From Pristiophorus japonicus (Eukaryota): a DNA stretch of 64,000 nucleotides. The notes under the pieces were generated by a model, which worked only from the letters and a program-made list of their open reading frames with translations, was not told where the DNA came from and did not search any database. The stretch spans positions 14,322,001 to 14,386,000 of the forward strand of contig NC_091999.1 in the NCBI RefSeq assembly GCF_044704955.1. The letters are read 5' to 3'. Positions 61,368 through 64,000 of this stretch are shown here, piece after piece; position 1 is the stretch's first letter, and every line of letters begins with the position of its first letter. The position numbers were made by a program, and so were the translations under genes.

Positions 61368-62359
61368 GTGATTAGAAGGGGAGGACAAGTAGACAGGAAA
61401 TTTAACTCCAACATCACATCAAGATCGGTCAGTCTATTCATCGGGACCTGAATATCATCAAACATAACATGGAAGCAAAAAGCAGAGTTGACAGCGGGGA
61501 GAAACCGTACACGTGTTGTGTGTGTGGACGAGGATTCAGCCGATCCTGTGGCCTGGCAAAACACAAACGCAGTCACACTGGGGAGAAACCGTGAAAATGC
61601 GGGGACTGTGGGAAAGGATTCAATTATCCGTCTGAGCTGGAAACCCATCAACACAATCACACTGGGGGAGGGGGGCTGTTCAGCTGCTCCGTGTGTGGGA
61701 AGAGATTCACTCGGTCATGTGAGCTGCTAACACACCAGCCAGTTCACACTGTGGAGAGACCTTCACCTGCTCCGTGTGTGGGTCAGGATTCATTTCTTCA
61801 ACCCACCGACTGAGACACCAACTTGTTCACACCAATGTGAGACCTTTTAAATGTTCTGCCTGTGAGAAGAGCTTTAAAAGCAAAAAGGAACTGCGGACAC
61901 ACCAGCACACTCACACTGGGGAGTGGCCGTTCACCTGCTCCGTGTGTGGAAACACATTCAACAGTAATTACTGTAGTGTTTGCCAGCACTCTAGTAATGA
62001 CTCCACGAGGTAAGGTATTGCACTTGCACTGTTGTTACCTTCGTCCTTTTATTGCAGCTCCTGAATGAGGTGACAGTAAGGTGGGCTCCCTTTTATACCT
62101 GCGGTGTGCAGGTGACCTCTAGGTCTCCACCTGTTGCACCCTCTGGTGGTACAGACATATTGTATACAGTGTAAAGATACATTCATAGGTCTTATGTAAC
62201 TGTACATTGAGTGTACAGGGTATATACATGCACAACAATTATCACCTCCTGAGACACCAGCGAGATCAGACCGGGGAGAGGCCGTTCACTTGCTCCATGT
62301 GTGGGAAGGGATTCACTCGATCATTCAGCCTGCTGAGACACCAGCGAGTTCACAAGTGA
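61368..62359 (+). pseudogene. C2H2 zinc-finger terminal exon, disrupted and split by a solo LTR
   Basis: Acceptor tttacag; FKCSACEKSF..HQHTHTGEWPFTCSVCG; ends HQRVHK*; stops and frameshifts. Confidence 0.88.
61972..62237 (-). mobile_element. 266-bp solo LTR
   Basis: TG...CA ends; ATTAC/ATTAT flanks; minus-strand TATAAAA (~62095) upstream of AATAAA (~62050). Confidence 0.8.
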
Positions 62360-63154
62360 CTGCAGGGTTTGGATTCTGCTGTTATTGCTGCTGTTAGTTA
62401 CATCCAGAACTGAACCATGTTCATTCCACCACTGGAAGAGACACAGTGCAGCAGATTTAAAGGGACCGCTCACCAACTCCCACACCTGGGAGAGACACCG
62501 TGCAGCAGATTTAAAGGGACCGCACACATTGGTGAGAACAAAGTGCTAAATTGGTAAATTTGAAACAGTCCCACTCTTGGGGCCCAAATTTGACCAGTAG
62601 AGATTTCTGGCGAACTCACCAGAGGTGCGCCACTTTTCCACACCGATTAGGGCGCCAAAAATCTTCAGGCCGAGTTTGGCCGCTCCCCAGCCTCGCCTCG
62701 ATGGAGGTGCAGCCAGGTCCCGGTGCTGAAAACAGTGCCGGGACCTCTGCACATGCACGCTAGAGTGTGCACACATGTGCAGTAGCTCCTCGCCCCCAGA
62801 ATCTCTGCGTGTGCTCTGCAGGCTGTGTGGGAGGGGCCCGAAGCACGCCCACCCTATCCCTGGCCCAATGGGCTCCCTCATCGGCCACCCGCTGAAGGTA
62901 GGAGTTTTATTTTTTGTGTGTGTATTTATTGATTGATTGATTGTGATCTATTTTTTATTTTGCTTTCTGGGTTGCAAGAGATCTCGAGACCCCAGTTTAA
63001 GTTGATTGAAGAGATTCTGAGCTTTCTCTGCACATACATGCAAGTTGAGTTGCAGTCAGTAGGAGGTTGAGGGTATATCACCAGAAGCAGATCTGCACAG
63101 TGAGAAAGAACCGATTCTCCGACCTTTTTATTTGTTATTGATTGATTGCTTATT

Positions 63155-64000
63155 GCATAGAAAATAGATGCAGGAGTAGGCCATTCGGCCCTTCGAGCCT
63201 GCACCACCATTCAATAAGATCATGACTGATCATTCACCTCAGTACCCCTTTCCTGCTTTCGCTCCATACCCCTTGATCCCTTTAGCCGTCAGGGCCATGT
63301 CTAACTCCCTCTTGAATATATCCAATGAACTGGCATCAACAACTCTCTGAGGCAGGGAATTTCACAGGTTAACAACTCTCTTGAGTGAAGAAGTTTCTCC
63401 TCATCTCAGTCCTAACTGGCTTCCCTCTTATCCTTAGACTATGTTCCCTGGTTCTGAACTTTCCCAACATCGGGAACATTCTTCCTGCATCTGTCCAGTC
63501 CCGTCAGAATTTTATATATGTTTCTATGAGATCCCCTCTCATCCTTCTGAACTCCAGTGAATACAGGCCCAGTCGATCCAGTCTCTCCTCATATGTCAGT
63601 CCTGCCATCCCAGGAATCAGTCTGGTGAACCTTCGCTGCACTCCCTCAATAGCAAGAATGTCCTTCCTCAGATTCGGAGACCAAAACTGAACACAATATT
63701 CCAGGTGAGGCCTCACTAACGCCCTCGACAACTGCAGTAAGACCTCCCTGCTCCTATACTCAAATCCCCTAGCTGTGAAGGCCAACATACCATTTGCCTT
63801 CTTCACCGCCTGCTGTACCTGCATGCTAACTTTCAATGACTGATGTACCATGACACCCAGATCTCATTGCACCTCCCCTTTTCCTTATCTGCTGCCATTC
63901 AGATAATATTCTGCCTTTGTGTTTTTGCCACTAAAGTGGATAACCTCACATTTATTCACATTATACTGCATCTGCCATGCATTTGCCCAATCACTTAACC
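63155..64000 (-). mobile_element. CR1 3' portion continuing past the right edge
   Basis: RPHLEYCVQFWSP and catagaaaatagatgcaggagtagg 3' end. Confidence 0.92.

Overview
Repeat-rich vertebrate genomic DNA, almost certainly from a cartilaginous fish (shark). Host genes: (1) a two-exon GPR139-like class A GPCR on the minus strand running off the left edge; (2) a complete set of IgM heavy-chain constant exons on the minus strand (CH1, CH2, CH3, CH4+secretory tail, TM1, TM2; 22.8-30.4 kb), with a nonsense codon in CH3 and no VH/DH/JH visible in the 33 kb upstream; (3) two decayed C2H2 zinc-finger exons and two inverted copies of a CpG-rich promoter module. Mobile DNA: an 11.6-kb decayed endogenous retrovirus (5258-16831) with LTRs, tRNA-Ser PBS, PPT, gag with two zinc knuckles, PR-RT-tether-RNaseH-IN and an env with a paramyxo/pneumovirus-F-like layout (lokiretrovirus-like). 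It abuts the 5' part of a second, unrelated LTR element with a tRNA-Arg PBS. There are also many CR1 LINEs (one with an intact 932-aa ORF2), RTE and L2 fragments, a DeuSINE, solo LTRs, and several minisatellites and low-complexity tracts. All translations outside the ORF track were done by hand. Family assignments come from recalled motifs, not database searches.
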